A program made the translations under genes and the position numbers. From Acinetobacter phage ZZ1, in the sequence record NC_018087.3: a stretch of 64,000 nt of DNA; one strand, given 5' to 3'. The notes beneath the pieces are model-generated. The model saw nothing but the letters and a program-made list of their open reading frames with translations. It searched no databases and had not been told where the DNA came from. Of this stretch, positions 1 to 10,064 are shown one piece after another. Each line of letters starts with the position of its first letter. The first letter of the stretch is position 1.

Positions 1-1939
1 CACTCAAAGCACAGTTGTGCAAAATGCAACAGGCCGTGCCGCAATGGCAGGTAAATTTCAGTGGGGCCCAGCTTTCCAGGTAATTCAAGTTACAAATGAA
101 GTTGAACTTGTTGATTTATTTGGTCAGCCTGATAATGCAACCGCTGATTATTTTATGAGCGCTGCAAACTTTTTACAATATGGTAATGACTTGCGTTTAG
201 TCCGTGTTGTAAATGAAGACTCGGCCAAAAACTCTAGCCCTATTGCAGGTCATTTAAAAACAACTATTACTGCGTCAGGTAGTAACTATGCTGTAAATGA
301 CAAAGTTATTATTAAGTACAATACAACAACTATTGAAGATGCTGGCGTTGTAACTGCGGTTGATAAAGACGGCAAAATCTTAAAAATCTTTGTACCTTCT
401 GAAAAAATCATTGCATATGCAAAATCAATCGGTCAATATCCTGCATTAAGTGATTCATGGACTGCAGAAGTTGTTTCAGTTGCCTCTGGTATTTCTGGTG
501 CAATTAATGTGGATTCTATTGAAACTGATTCTGGTATCTTATTAACTGATCCAGAAAATGCAGACGAAAAAATTACATCAGTTGCATTCCAAGCTAAACT
601 TGCTGCGTATGCTATGCCTGGTGTTGTTGCATTATATCCAGGTTCAACTGGCGATCAATTAGAAGTAGAAATTGTATCTAAAGAAACTTATGATAAAGGT
701 ACTGCAGTCCCTTTAACCATTTATCCTAATGGTGGTTCACGTACATCTTTAGCTAAAGCAATTTTCGGTTATGGCCCACAAAATGATAATGAATATGCAT
801 TTATTGTTCGTCGTAATGGTGAAGTTGTAGAATCATATGTTCTTTCAACTGAGCGCGGTGCAAAAGATATGTATGGAAGCAATATTTTCTTAGATGATTA
901 TTTTGCACGGGGTTCAAGTAACTATATTTTTGCAACAGCACAAGGATTCCCTAAAGGTTTTTCAGGTATCATTCGTTTATCTGGTGGTATTTCAGCTAAT
1001 GATGCAGTTACAGCTGGCGATCTTATGCAAGGTTGGGATAAATTTGCAGATTCAGAAGCACTACATGTCAATTTAATGATTGCCGGTTCTTGTGCGGGTG
1101 AAGATGCAGAAGTTGCATCAACCGTTCAAAAACATGTTGTTGCTCTTGCTGATGAACGTATGGATTGTTTGGCCCTTATCAGCCCACCCCGTGAAACTAT
1201 TGTAAATATCGGCTTAACTCGCGCTGTTGATAATTTGATTGCATGGCGTGAAGGTACTGGTGCATACGAAGCGGCTAATATGAATATTAGTTCAACTTAT
1301 GCATTTATCGATGGTAACTACAAATACCAATATGACAAATATAATGATGTAAACCGTTGGGTTCCATTGGCTGCTGATATTGCAGGTCTTTGTGCCCGCA
1401 CTGATGATATCTCTCAACCTTGGATGTCACCAGCCGGTTATGTCCGTGGTCAAATTCTTAATTGCATTAAACTTGCTATTGAGCCTCGTAAAGCACAGCG
1501 TGATAGATTATATCAAGATTCTATTAACCCAGTTATTGGTGCTCAAGGCGGCGATGGTTTCTTACTTTTTGGTGATAAAACAGCAACTAAAGTTCCATCT
1601 CCATTTGACCGTGTAAACGTACGCCGTTTATTCAATATGCTTAAAAAGAATATTGGTGACGCATCTAAATTCCGTTTATTCGAAATTAATGACGCATTTA
1701 CTCGTAGTTCATTCCGGATGGAAACAACTGCGTACTTAGCGGGTATTAAATCGCTTGGTGGTGTATACGATTTCCGAGTAGTATGTGATGAGACAAATAA
1801 TACTCCGGCGGTTATTGATCGCAATGAATTTGTTGCTACATTCTATATTAAACCGGCGCGTGCAATTAACTTCATTCAATTGAACTTTGTTGCTACTGCA
1901 ACAGGTGCTGATTTTGATGAAATCATTGGTCGTCAATAA
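1..1939 (+). CDS. 18: Tail sheath protein gp18, 5'-truncated by the window edge. The frame is open from nt 2 and the annotated GTG at 17 is internal.
   Basis: The translation aligns with T4 gp18 along its whole length (AGKFQWGPAFQ, FLQYGNDLR, WVPLAADIAGLCART, RNEFVATFYI). Confidence 0.95.
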   Translation, partial: TQSTVVQNATGRAAMAGKFQWGPAFQVIQVTNEVELVDLFGQPDNATADYFMSAANFLQYGNDLRLVRVVNEDSAKNSSPIAGHLKTTITASGSNYAVNDKVIIKYNTTTIEDAGVVTAVDKDGKILKIFVPSEKIIAYAKSIGQYPALSDSWTAEVVSVASGISGAINVDSIETDSGILLTDPENADEKITSVAFQAKLAAYAMPGVVALYPGSTGDQLEVEIVSKETYDKGTAVPLTIYPNGGSRTSLAKAIFGYGPQNDNEYAFIVRRNGEVVESYVLSTERGAKDMYGSNIFLDDYFARGSSNYIFATAQGFPKGFSGIIRLSGGISANDAVTAGDLMQGWDKFADSEALHVNLMIAGSCAGEDAEVASTVQKHVVALADERMDCLALISPPRETIVNIGLTRAVDNLIAWREGTGAYEAANMNISSTYAFIDGNYKYQYDKYNDVNRWVPLAADIAGLCARTDDISQPWMSPAGYVRGQILNCIKLAIEPRKAQRDRLYQDSINPVIGAQGGDGFLLFGDKTATKVPSPFDRVNVRRLFNMLKKNIGDASKFRLFEINDAFTRSSFRMETTAYLAGIKSLGGVYDFRVVCDETNNTPAVIDRNEFVATFYIKPARAINFIQLNFVATATGADFDEIIGRQ

Positions 1940-1945
1940 TAAAAT

Positions 1946-1959
1946 GGGCCTTCGGGCCC
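1946..1959 (+). terminator. GGGCC-TTCG-GGCCC hairpin just after the gp18 stop.
   Basis: Perfect 5-bp stem with a UUCG tetraloop. The downstream U-run is weak. Confidence 0.45.
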
Positions 1960-1980
1960 TAATAAATTAAGGATAAAATA

Positions 1981-2472
1981 ATGGAAATTACTGATATTCT
2001 CCGAGCATTTGAATCAGGCGACTTTGCCCGTCCTAACCTGTTTCAATTAGAAATTCCTTATTTAGGTAAGAATTTCACATTTAAAGCAAAAGCTACAGCA
2101 ATGCCACCAGGCCAAGTCGATAAAATTGCTATTGGCTTTATGAACCGTAAATTTAATATCGGTGGTGATCGTACATTTGACGATTGGAGTTGTACAATTT
2201 ACAATGATGACGCACATGATACTCGTCAACAAATTTTAGATTGGCAAGCATTAGTCCATGGCCAAGGTGCTGAAATTACAGGTTCTACTCCCGCTGAGTA
2301 TAAGAAAACTGCTATTATTCGTCAATATGGCCGTGATGGTAAAACTATTACCAAAGAACATACCATTTATGGATTATGGCCGACTTTGGTTGGTGAAGTG
2401 GCACTAGACTGGGATACAAATTCGGAAGTAGAAACATTTGAGTGTACATTTGCACTTGATTACTGGATTTAA
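1981..2472 (+). CDS. 19: Tail tube protein gp19.
   Basis: 163 aa, the same length as T4 gp19. Motifs FESGDFARPNLFQ, YKKTAIIRQY and LDYW match T4. Confidence 0.95.
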   Translation: MEITDILRAFESGDFARPNLFQLEIPYLGKNFTFKAKATAMPPGQVDKIAIGFMNRKFNIGGDRTFDDWSCTIYNDDAHDTRQQILDWQALVHGQGAEITGSTPAEYKKTAIIRQYGRDGKTITKEHTIYGLWPTLVGEVALDWDTNSEVETFECTFALDYWI

Positions 2473-2479
2473 TTTGCGA

Positions 2480-2517
2480 AATCCGATTGATATAAATAAT
2501 TCTATATCAATCGGATT
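2480..2517 (+). promoter_or_regulatory. 15-bp perfect inverted repeat (aatccgattgatata/tatatcaatcggatt) with the late-promoter core TATAAATA embedded at 2491-2498. It lies between genes 19 and 20.
   Basis: Read directly: arms at 2480-2494 and 2503-2517 with an 8-nt loop, and the TATAAATA octamer inside. Confidence 0.5.
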
Positions 2518-2530
2518 CAGTCTGTAGGAG

Positions 2531-4093
2531 ATGAGTATGCTAGCGGATAGTGATTTGAAAATGTTCGCATTCTGGCACAAAGTTGACGACACAGAATACG
2601 ACAAAATTATTAACGATAAAGCAGAATCTATTACTGCCCCAAAGTTTGATGACGGTGCGACAGAAGTTGATTCGCAAGATATTGCATATAATGGTGTATT
2701 CCAAAAACTTTATGGTAGTCAGGACCCAACGGCAACATCCACACGCGAATTAATCAATACTTATCGCAGTTTATTAAATAATTATGAAGTTGATAATGCT
2801 GTACAAGAAATTGTTTCAGATGCAATTGTATATGAAGAGGGTTTTGATGTAGTTTCAATTGATTTGGATCAAACCGCTTTTACCGAAAATATTAGAAATT
2901 TAATTTCAGATGAATTTAATTCTGTTTTAAATATGTTAAATTTTCAACGCAAAGGTTCTGATCATTTTAAACGTTGGTACGTCGATTCTCGTGTATTTTT
3001 TCATAAAATTATCAACCCAAATAGGCCAAAAGATGGAATTATTGAACTTCGTCGATTAGATCCACGTAATGTTCAATTCGTCCGTGAACTTGACACCAAA
3101 ATGGAAAATGGTGTTAAAGTTGTAAAAGGTTATCGCGAATATTTTTTATATGATACAGAATTAGAATCATATCAATGCGGTCATCAACATTTTGCAGCTG
3201 GTACAAAAATTAAAATTCCATATTCTGCTATGGTTTATGCCCATTCGGGATTAGTAGACTGTTGTGGTAAAAATATTATCGGATATTTACATAGAGCAGT
3301 AAAACCGGCAAATCAATTAAAATTGCTTGAAGACGCAATGATGATTTACCGTATTACACGTGCTCCAGACCGTCGTGTTTTTTATATTGATACCGGTAAT
3401 ATGCCTGCTCGTAAAGCTGCACAACATATGCAGCATATTATGAATTCACATAGAAATAGAATTTCATATGATGCAAGAACGGGTAAAGTAAAAAATCAAG
3501 CCAATATGATGGCCTTAACTGAGGATTATTGGCTACAACGACGTGATGGTAAAGCTGTCACAGAAGTTGAAACATTACCAGGTATGACCGGAATGAATGA
3601 AATGGATGACATTTTATATTTCCGTAAAGCACTTTATATGGCGCTTAGAGTACCATTATCACGTATTCCTGATGAACAAACACAAAATGTGTTTGATATG
3701 TCAACGGCTATTTCAAGAGATGAATTATCATTTGATAAGTTTATTTCGGAATTACAACATAAATTTGAGGAAATTTTCCTCAGTCCGTTAAAAAGTAATC
3801 TTTTACTTAAACGCGTAATTACAGAAGATGAGTGGGAAGCAGAACTAAATAATATTAAGATTGTGTTCCACAAAAATTCATACTTTTCAGAAATGAAAAC
3901 GATTGAAATAACGGAACGCCGCGTTAATGTTTTAAGTTTAATGGAACCTTATATTGGAAAGTATATTTCTAACCATACTGCCATGAAAGACTTCTTGCAA
4001 ATGTCAGACGAAGACATCGCAGCCGAACGAAAGCTCATTGATGAAGAGCTATCAGACAAAATATTTAACCCACCAGAACCAGAGGAAATCTAA
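2531..4093 (+). CDS. 20: Portal vertex protein gp20.
   Basis: 520 aa. Long blocks are identical to T4 gp20 ([55 protein letters not shown]). Confidence 0.95.
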   Translation: MSMLADSDLKMFAFWHKVDDTEYDKIINDKAESITAPKFDDGATEVDSQDIAYNGVFQKLYGSQDPTATSTRELINTYRSLLNNYEVDNAVQEIVSDAIVYEEGFDVVSIDLDQTAFTENIRNLISDEFNSVLNMLNFQRKGSDHFKRWYVDSRVFFHKIINPNRPKDGIIELRRLDPRNVQFVRELDTKMENGVKVVKGYREYFLYDTELESYQCGHQHFAAGTKIKIPYSAMVYAHSGLVDCCGKNIIGYLHRAVKPANQLKLLEDAMMIYRITRAPDRRVFYIDTGNMPARKAAQHMQHIMNSHRNRISYDARTGKVKNQANMMALTEDYWLQRRDGKAVTEVETLPGMTGMNEMDDILYFRKALYMALRVPLSRIPDEQTQNVFDMSTAISRDELSFDKFISELQHKFEEIFLSPLKSNLLLKRVITEDEWEAELNNIKIVFHKNSYFSEMKTIEITERRVNVLSLMEPYIGKYISNHTAMKDFLQMSDEDIAAERKLIDEELSDKIFNPPEPEEI

Positions 4094-4344
4094 TGAGCGA
4101 TATTATCCAAGCCATTAATTCCAACGACCTTGTAAAATTTAAGCGATGCTTTGCTGAAGCTATGAAGGAAAAAGTTGGAAAAATCTTAAAAGAAGAACAA
4201 CTTGCTATTGCCAAAAGCATCATGGTTGAAGGCGAATATGTTGTTGAATCAGAAGAAGACGCTATCGAAGATGAAGACGATGGCTCTAATGATGCAGACA
4301 ATGATGATAAAAAGAAAAAGAATCATAAAAAAGACGAGGACTAA
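4093..4344 (+). CDS. 67: Small acidic prohead core protein (gp67-like).
   Basis: 83 aa with an acidic D/E-rich C-terminus. It sits in the T4 gp67 position and its start overlaps the gp20 stop (ATGA). Confidence 0.65.
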   Translation: MSDIIQAINSNDLVKFKRCFAEAMKEKVGKILKEEQLAIAKSIMVEGEYVVESEEDAIEDEDDGSNDADNDDKKKKNHKKDED

Positions 4345-4346
4345 AA

Positions 4347-4772
4347 ATGCAACTTATTGTTGAGAACGAATTAGTTTTTGATGATGTAGTTAATTTTTTG
4401 CCAGAAGCTGAACAACGATTTAAGGATTTATCTGCTGTATTTTCACATGAAGAAATTCAACGTATCGTCGAAAATATGGTAGATAAAACACCTATTATGG
4501 CAATTGCATTAGGTTCACTTGTTGAATCTATGCCATTAAATGAATTTATGGTTAAGCATGTTAGTTCTAAAGGTGAATTAACTCGCACCAAAGACCGTAA
4601 AACTCGTCAGCGTCTTGCATTTCAAACTACAGGTTTATCTAAATCAGCTCGCCGCCAAATCGCTCGCAAAGCTGTTAAAACCAAAAAAGCTAATCCAAAT
4701 GATCAAATTCGTGCCCAAAAGAAAATTAAAAAGGCAAAACTTAAACGTAAATCAATGTATGGATTAGACTAA
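4347..4772 (+). CDS. 68: Prohead core protein gp68-like.
   Basis: 141 aa, the same length as T4 gp68, with a basic C-terminus, in the T4 position between 67 and 21. Confidence 0.65.
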   Translation: MQLIVENELVFDDVVNFLPEAEQRFKDLSAVFSHEEIQRIVENMVDKTPIMAIALGSLVESMPLNEFMVKHVSSKGELTRTKDRKTRQRLAFQTTGLSKSARRQIARKAVKTKKANPNDQIRAQKKIKKAKLKRKSMYGLD

Positions 4773-5416
4773 TGACCGAAGAAATGCTACTTATTGAGCA
4801 TTGGGGTCAACCAGCAACCGTTAATGATGTTACACCGACGATGATTAGCGAATCAGCTAATGGTAAATTAAAACCGGGATTATATATCGAAGGTGTATTT
4901 CTTCAAGCAGAAGTAGTTAATAGAAATAAGCGTCTTTATCCAAAACGTATTCTTGAAACTGCTGTTGATAAGTACATTAAAGAACAGGTTGTTACAATGC
5001 AGGCTTTGGGTGAATTAAATCATCCTGCTCGAGCCCATGTTGATCCAATGCAAGCTGCCATTATCATTGAAGATATGTGGTGGGAAGGTAATAATGTTAT
5101 GGGCCGCGCTCGTATTATTGAGGGTGATAATGGTCCAGGTGATAAACTTGCTGCAAATATTAGAGCAGGCTGGATTCCAGGAGTATCTAGTCGAGGTTTA
5201 GGGTCAATTAAAAGTTCCGGCCGAGGTTATAATATTGTACAAGAAGGTTTCCGTTTAACAGTGGGTGTAGATGCTGTTTGGGGCCCAAGTGCACCTGATG
5301 CCTTTGTTACACCAAAACAAATTACTGAGAGTGTAGAACCAGCTGAAGAACCGGTTAAAAGTTCAAGTGCTGATTCAGCTTTTAAAACCTTAATTGGCAA
5401 CTTAAAAGCATTATAA
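4772..5416 (+). CDS. 21: Prohead core scaffold and protease gp21.
   Basis: 214 aa, against 212 aa in T4, in the syntenic position. The start overlaps the preceding stop. Confidence 0.85.
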   Translation: MTEEMLLIEHWGQPATVNDVTPTMISESANGKLKPGLYIEGVFLQAEVVNRNKRLYPKRILETAVDKYIKEQVVTMQALGELNHPARAHVDPMQAAIIIEDMWWEGNNVMGRARIIEGDNGPGDKLAANIRAGWIPGVSSRGLGSIKSSGRGYNIVQEGFRLTVGVDAVWGPSAPDAFVTPKQITESVEPAEEPVKSSSADSAFKTLIGNLKAL

Positions 5417-5419
5417 ATA
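5412..5419 (+). promoter_or_regulatory. Late-promoter core TATAAATA upstream of gene 22.
   Basis: Exact octamer 27 nt upstream of the gp22 ATG. Confidence 0.45.
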
Positions 5420-5445
5420 AAAGTATATTAAAACAGGACACCAAA

Positions 5446-6282
5446 ATGCTGAAAGAACAATTACTCAATGAAGCGAAAACTATTACCGCTTCTGTAGAAT
5501 TAGACGGTATTTTTGAATCAGTTGAACTTTCACCAGAAACTCAAGAAAGCTTCAAAACAGTATTCGAACAAGCCGTTAAGAAAAACGCTGTTGATTTGGC
5601 TGAAAAGCATATTTTAGATATTGCTGAAAAAGCTGAAGAAAAATTAGAAGAAGCTACTTTAGCTGCAACTACTAAGCTTGAAGAAAAAATGTTAGCAATC
5701 GCAGACAAATTCTTTGAACATACTGCTGCAGATTGGCTCGCTGAAAATAAAGTCGAAGTCCATCGTGGAATCAAAGCTGATTTATTTGAATCTATGTTTG
5801 GTGGTTTAAAAGCATTGTTTGTTGAGCATAATGTTGAACTTCCTGCAGAATCTGTTGATGTTGTTGCAGAAATGGAAGAAGAACTCCAAGAAACAAAAAA
5901 TGAAACTTCTAAATTATTTGATACTTTAACAGAAACACAAAGTGAATTAAGTGAATTAAAACGCACAGTCGCTGTTGATAAAGCGGTTGCGGATTTAACA
6001 GAATCACAAAAAGAAAAAGTTCATAACTTAATTGAAGGTTTAGATTATAGCGATACTTTTGATGTTAAGTTGAATGCAATTGTTGAAATGGCTAAGGGCT
6101 CAAAAGAAGCACCAGTTCTTTCAGAATCAACTCAAAATGAGCCAGTTGCAAATGAACTAAATAAAGTTAATGATGCTGATGCTGCTGGACTTAATTTTGT
6201 CGTAGAAGCACATGAACCAGCTGAAGAAGCTAAACCAACAACTAATATGAACCGCTACGTTTCTGCGGCGCAAAAGCTTTAA
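5446..6282 (+). CDS. 22: Prohead core scaffold protein gp22.
   Basis: 278 aa, very acidic and predicted alpha-helical, in the T4 gp22 position immediately upstream of gp23. Confidence 0.8.
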   Translation: MLKEQLLNEAKTITASVELDGIFESVELSPETQESFKTVFEQAVKKNAVDLAEKHILDIAEKAEEKLEEATLAATTKLEEKMLAIADKFFEHTAADWLAENKVEVHRGIKADLFESMFGGLKALFVEHNVELPAESVDVVAEMEEELQETKNETSKLFDTLTETQSELSELKRTVAVDKAVADLTESQKEKVHNLIEGLDYSDTFDVKLNAIVEMAKGSKEAPVLSESTQNEPVANELNKVNDADAAGLNFVVEAHEPAEEAKPTTNMNRYVSAAQKL

Positions 6283-6307
6283 TAAAATTTTTATAGGTAC
6301 ATAACAC

Positions 6308-7888
6308 ATGACTACTAAACAAAAATCACAATCTGATCTTATGGTTGAAAACTGGACTCCACTTATTGAAGCTGAAGGCCTTCCAGAAATTTCAAAAGAC
6401 AAATATAAAATTATGGCCCGCATTTTCGAAAATCAAGAAAAAGATTTCGAAACTGGTATTGAATATCGTGACCCAGAAATTGCTAAAGCATTTAGTGGCT
6501 TCTTAGCTGAAGCTGAAGTTGGCGGTGACCATGGTTACGACGCAACAAATATTGCAGCTGGTCAAACTTCTGGTGCAGTGACGCAAATTGCTCCTGCTGT
6601 TATGGGTATGGTTCGTCGTTCACTTCCAAATTTAATCGCATTTGATATTGCTGGTGTTCAACCACTTGACAAACCTACTGGCCAATTCTTTGCAGTTCGT
6701 TCTGTTTATGGTGCTGACCCTCTTGCAGCTGGTGCTAAAGAAGCATTACACCCAATGTTCTCACCTGACACAATGCATTCTGGTCAAGGTGCGGCTGAAG
6801 CATTTGAAAACGTTAAAGCTGGTGATTCATTAGCAATTGGTGACATTAAACGTCATGACTTTGCAGATACTGGCCGTGTTTATATCCAAGCGGTTAAAGC
6901 TGTAACTGTTGACGCTGGTGCAACTGATGCAGAAAAACTTGATATCGAAGTTAAAAAATTGATGGAAGCTGGTTCTGTTGCTGAAATCGGTGAAGGTATG
7001 GCTACTTCTGTTGCTGAACTTCAAGAAGGTTTCAATGGTTCAACAGGTAATCCTTGGAATGAAATGTCATTCCGTATTGACAAACAATCAGTTGAAGTTA
7101 AATCACGTCAATTAAAAGCACAATACACAATTGAACTTGCTCAAGACTTAAAAGCTGTTCATGGTATGGATGCTGATGCTGAATTAGCTGGTTTACTTGC
7201 TACTGAAATTATGCTTGAAATCAACCGTGAAATCGTTGACTGGATTAACTTCTCTGCTCAAATCGGTAAAACTGGTTGGACACAAGCTCCTGGTTCTAAA
7301 GCTGGTGTGTTTGATTTCCAAGACCCAGTAGATGTTAAAGGCGCTCGTTGGGCTGGTGAAGCTTACAAAGCACTCTTAATCCAAATCGATAAAGAAGCTT
7401 CTGAAATTGCACGTCAAACAGGTCGTGGTATTGGTAACTTTATCATTGCATCTCGTAACGTTGTAATGGCTCTTGCTCAAGTTGATACTAATGTAACTCC
7501 AGCTGCTCAAGGTCTTGCAAAAGGTCTTAACTACGATACAACTAAAGCAACATTTGCTGGTGTATTAGGTGGCCGTTATAAAGTTTATATCGATCAATAT
7601 GCTCGCCAAGACTACTTCACAGTAGGTTTCAAAGGCGGTAGTGAAATGGATGCTGGTATCTACTACATGCCATATGTTCCATTAACACCATTACGCGGTG
7701 CTGATCCTAAGAACTTCCAACCTGTGATGGGCTTCAAAACTCGTTATGCAGTTGGTGTGAACCCGTTCGCAAACTCTGCTGAACAAGCTCCTGCTGGTAA
7801 TAAGCGTATTAGCAATGGTATGCCTACTATCGAAAATTCTGCAGGTAAAAATGCATACTTCCGTAAGGTATATGTTAAAGGAATTTAA
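6308..7888 (+). CDS. 23: Major capsid protein gp23.
   Basis: 526 aa. Very long identities with T4 gp23 (FENQEKDF, GGDHGY.ATNIAAGQTSGAVTQI.PAVMGMVRR, AELQEGFNGST.NPWNEM.FRIDKQ, NAYFR.VYVKGI). Confidence 0.97.
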   Translation: MTTKQKSQSDLMVENWTPLIEAEGLPEISKDKYKIMARIFENQEKDFETGIEYRDPEIAKAFSGFLAEAEVGGDHGYDATNIAAGQTSGAVTQIAPAVMGMVRRSLPNLIAFDIAGVQPLDKPTGQFFAVRSVYGADPLAAGAKEALHPMFSPDTMHSGQGAAEAFENVKAGDSLAIGDIKRHDFADTGRVYIQAVKAVTVDAGATDAEKLDIEVKKLMEAGSVAEIGEGMATSVAELQEGFNGSTGNPWNEMSFRIDKQSVEVKSRQLKAQYTIELAQDLKAVHGMDADAELAGLLATEIMLEINREIVDWINFSAQIGKTGWTQAPGSKAGVFDFQDPVDVKGARWAGEAYKALLIQIDKEASEIARQTGRGIGNFIIASRNVVMALAQVDTNVTPAAQGLAKGLNYDTTKATFAGVLGGRYKVYIDQYARQDYFTVGFKGGSEMDAGIYYMPYVPLTPLRGADPKNFQPVMGFKTRYAVGVNPFANSAEQAPAGNKRISNGMPTIENSAGKNAYFRKVYVKGI

Positions 7889-7910
7889 TCGATACGATTA
7901 ACCTGAAATT

Positions 7911-7940
7911 AAAAAGGAGCCATGCGGCTCCTTTTATTTT
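7911..7940 (+). terminator. Rho-independent terminator after gene 23.
   Basis: GGAGCC-atgc-GGCTCC hairpin followed by TTTTATTTT. Confidence 0.7.
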
Positions 7941-7981
7941 ATGTAATATCTAAATATGTTATATAACCTAGGAATAATAAA

Positions 7982-9253
7982 ATGAAACGTATTGACCAAC
8001 TAATTACAGAGTCAACAAATACTCAAGCGGATAGTTTGGCTAGACCTGCATTATTATCATTAACACGTGCAACAACAAAATTAATTTATCAAGATTTAGT
8101 GGCTTCTCAGCCGACAGATCAACCATTGGCAGCATTATACGGTATCAAATATCTAAACCCTAACAAAGAATTAACTTTTCTTACAGGGGCAACTTATGGT
8201 GGTCAATATGGCGTTGGTGATCGCGAATCTATGCCTATTTTATCAAATGCCAATAAAGATTCATTTAAAAAAGGTGATTTATTTATCTTTCAAAATGTAG
8301 TTTTTAAAGTTCTTAAAGATGCCCCATTTGATGGAACAACTGAAACCGAATTATTTGATATTGTATCAGAAGCTAATGCTGCCTCAACAGTTCGTATGGC
8401 ACCAGAAGCTGCGGATGTTATGAAATTTGAAACTCATAATGCAGAAATTGCTGAAGCTGGATTTGTTGTAAACAAATGGCAAGCAGAAGTAAAAAGCCGC
8501 AAACTAAAGACAGAATTAACTGTTGAGCTTATCCAGGACATGGAAGCAAATGGATTTAATGCACCAGAAATGATTGAAGATATTCTTGCTACTCAAATGG
8601 CAGAAGAAGTTAATAAAGATGTAATGCAATCATTAGTTACAGTTTCAAAACGATTTAAAGTTGCAGGCGTTTCGGATAAAGGTGTTTTAGACTTATCGAC
8701 AGTAGGTAGTTCTGTTGAACAAGCTCGAAATTTATATCGTTATATCTGTGAAATGAATGCATCTATTCAACGTCAAACATCGTATTCTGCAACATATGTT
8801 GTTGCCACGTCTCGTGTTGCGGCTTTATTAGCTTCATCAGGTTGGATGAATCAACAAGATGACCAACCCGATGCAGCATATGGTACATTATTAAACGGAT
8901 TACATGTATATTGTGACAATAATAGTCCAGTAGAATATGTTATTGTTGGTGTTAAAGATACTTATGGTTCTGACGAAATGATCGGTTCATTATTTTATGC
9001 ACCTTATACCGAAGGTCTTAGTCCTGAAGCCGACCCGACAGACCATGTAGGGGCATATACTGTTATTAATGACGCATCATCATTACAACCAAAAATTGCA
9101 TTATTATTACGATATGCACTTTGTGTAAATCCGTATACAATGGGATTAGATGATTCTGAAGCACGAGTTATTGACGCTTCAGATATGGATCAATTTGCAG
9201 GTCAAAGTGATATGTCTGTATTACTTGGTGTTAAATTGCCAAAACTTGTGTAA
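7982..9253 (+). CDS. 24: Head vertex protein gp24.
   Basis: 423 aa, against 427 aa in T4. It is a gp23-fold paralogue (WQAEVKSRKLK like gp23 KSRQLKA) in the syntenic position. Confidence 0.88.
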   Translation: MKRIDQLITESTNTQADSLARPALLSLTRATTKLIYQDLVASQPTDQPLAALYGIKYLNPNKELTFLTGATYGGQYGVGDRESMPILSNANKDSFKKGDLFIFQNVVFKVLKDAPFDGTTETELFDIVSEANAASTVRMAPEAADVMKFETHNAEIAEAGFVVNKWQAEVKSRKLKTELTVELIQDMEANGFNAPEMIEDILATQMAEEVNKDVMQSLVTVSKRFKVAGVSDKGVLDLSTVGSSVEQARNLYRYICEMNASIQRQTSYSATYVVATSRVAALLASSGWMNQQDDQPDAAYGTLLNGLHVYCDNNSPVEYVIVGVKDTYGSDEMIGSLFYAPYTEGLSPEADPTDHVGAYTVINDASSLQPKIALLLRYALCVNPYTMGLDDSEARVIDASDMDQFAGQSDMSVLLGVKLPKLV

Positions 9254-9258
9254 TAAAT

Positions 9259-9274
9259 CGGGGCTTTAGCCCCA
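9259..9274. terminator. GGGGC-TTTA-GCCCC hairpin after gene 24.
   Basis: Read directly. An A-run follows on the + strand, so the T-run is on the - strand. Confidence 0.4.
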
Positions 9275-9287
9275 AAAAGGAAATTAA

Positions 9288-9608
9288 ATGCGCTTTACTA
9301 TAAATTTTACTATTAAACCAGATTTCAAATTTAATGATTTAATTTTGAAATCTTTTAAAGATCGTGATTCTACTGAATCAATTAAAGAATATAAAGAGTT
9401 TTTACATTTAACATATGGTTATGAAGAAGAAAATTTACATGAAACTTTTTTGGGAATGAATTGGTTTCCATATAAAGCTATATTAACACTTATAGAAAGT
9501 GCTGCCAAGGCAACTGAGTATAAGGATATCACTGGATTAGTATTATATCCACGCGGGGTTAATGACAATGCTGGTTCTTTTAGAATCACTAGGTTTATTC
9601 CTATTTAA
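9288..9608 (+). CDS. Hypothetical protein, first of an AT-rich two-ORF cassette.
   Basis: 106-aa ORF. Local AT content and K/N/F/Y-rich codon usage differ from the flanking structural genes. No similarity recognised. Confidence 0.4.
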   Translation: MRFTINFTIKPDFKFNDLILKSFKDRDSTESIKEYKEFLHLTYGYEEENLHETFLGMNWFPYKAILTLIESAAKATEYKDITGLVLYPRGVNDNAGSFRITRFIPI

Positions 9609-9921
9609 TAGCGGAATGTTCAAAGCCGTGTATGAACGCGATGGTTGGGGTTCCGGTATTAATATATTATATGAGAATTTTGAAATTATAAAAGAAAAAC
9701 CTTCTATAGAATTTTATCAAGAAATTATGTCGTTATTAATAGTAAAACCCAATATCCCTGATACATTTGAACGTATCCTACCGCCAATTGAACAACATGC
9801 TGAAAAATTTAATAGTATTTTAAATTCTGTAAAATATGAGTTAAGGCAACAAGCAAAAAATCAAGAATCTATAAATGGTATTTCCATTCTTTTAAATGGG
9901 GGTATCAGAATTAATTACTGA
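9562..9921 (+). CDS. Hypothetical protein, second ORF of the cassette. The true start is probably an internal Met near 9616.
   Basis: 119-aa ORF. Its 5' end overlaps the previous ORF in another frame. Confidence 0.35.
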   Translation: MTMLVLLESLGLFLFNSGMFKAVYERDGWGSGINILYENFEIIKEKPSIEFYQEIMSLLIVKPNIPDTFERILPPIEQHAEKFNSILNSVKYELRQQAKNQESINGISILLNGGIRINY

Positions 9922-9972
9922 TGAAATTGTAGCATGGTTACAATTATCAGGGTTTAATACAGCAATAAAAGC

Positions 9973-9994
9973 ACCAAGAGAAGCTTCTCTTGGT
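9973..9994. repeat. 22-bp perfect palindrome accaagagaagcttctcttggt.
   Basis: Read directly. It lies just downstream of the cassette and upstream of the bidirectional terminator. Confidence 0.5.
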
Positions 9995-10034
9995 GACCAG
10001 TATTGGTCAATCAATTTTTAAAACCTTTAAGGTC

Positions 10035-10064
10035 AAAAAAGCCGCTCAATTGAGCGGCTTTTTA
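10035..10064. terminator. Bidirectional terminator between the cassette (+) and hoc (-).
   Basis: The palindrome gccgctcaattgagcggc is flanked by A6 upstream and T5 downstream. Confidence 0.7.

Noticed and set aside
894-1936. ORFs of 60-93 aa (894-1076 +, 1380-1616 +, 1543-1824 -, 1736-1936 -) inside gp18.
   Set aside because: They lie entirely within a strongly conserved gene in other frames or antisense, have low-complexity translations and no RBS. They are spurious.
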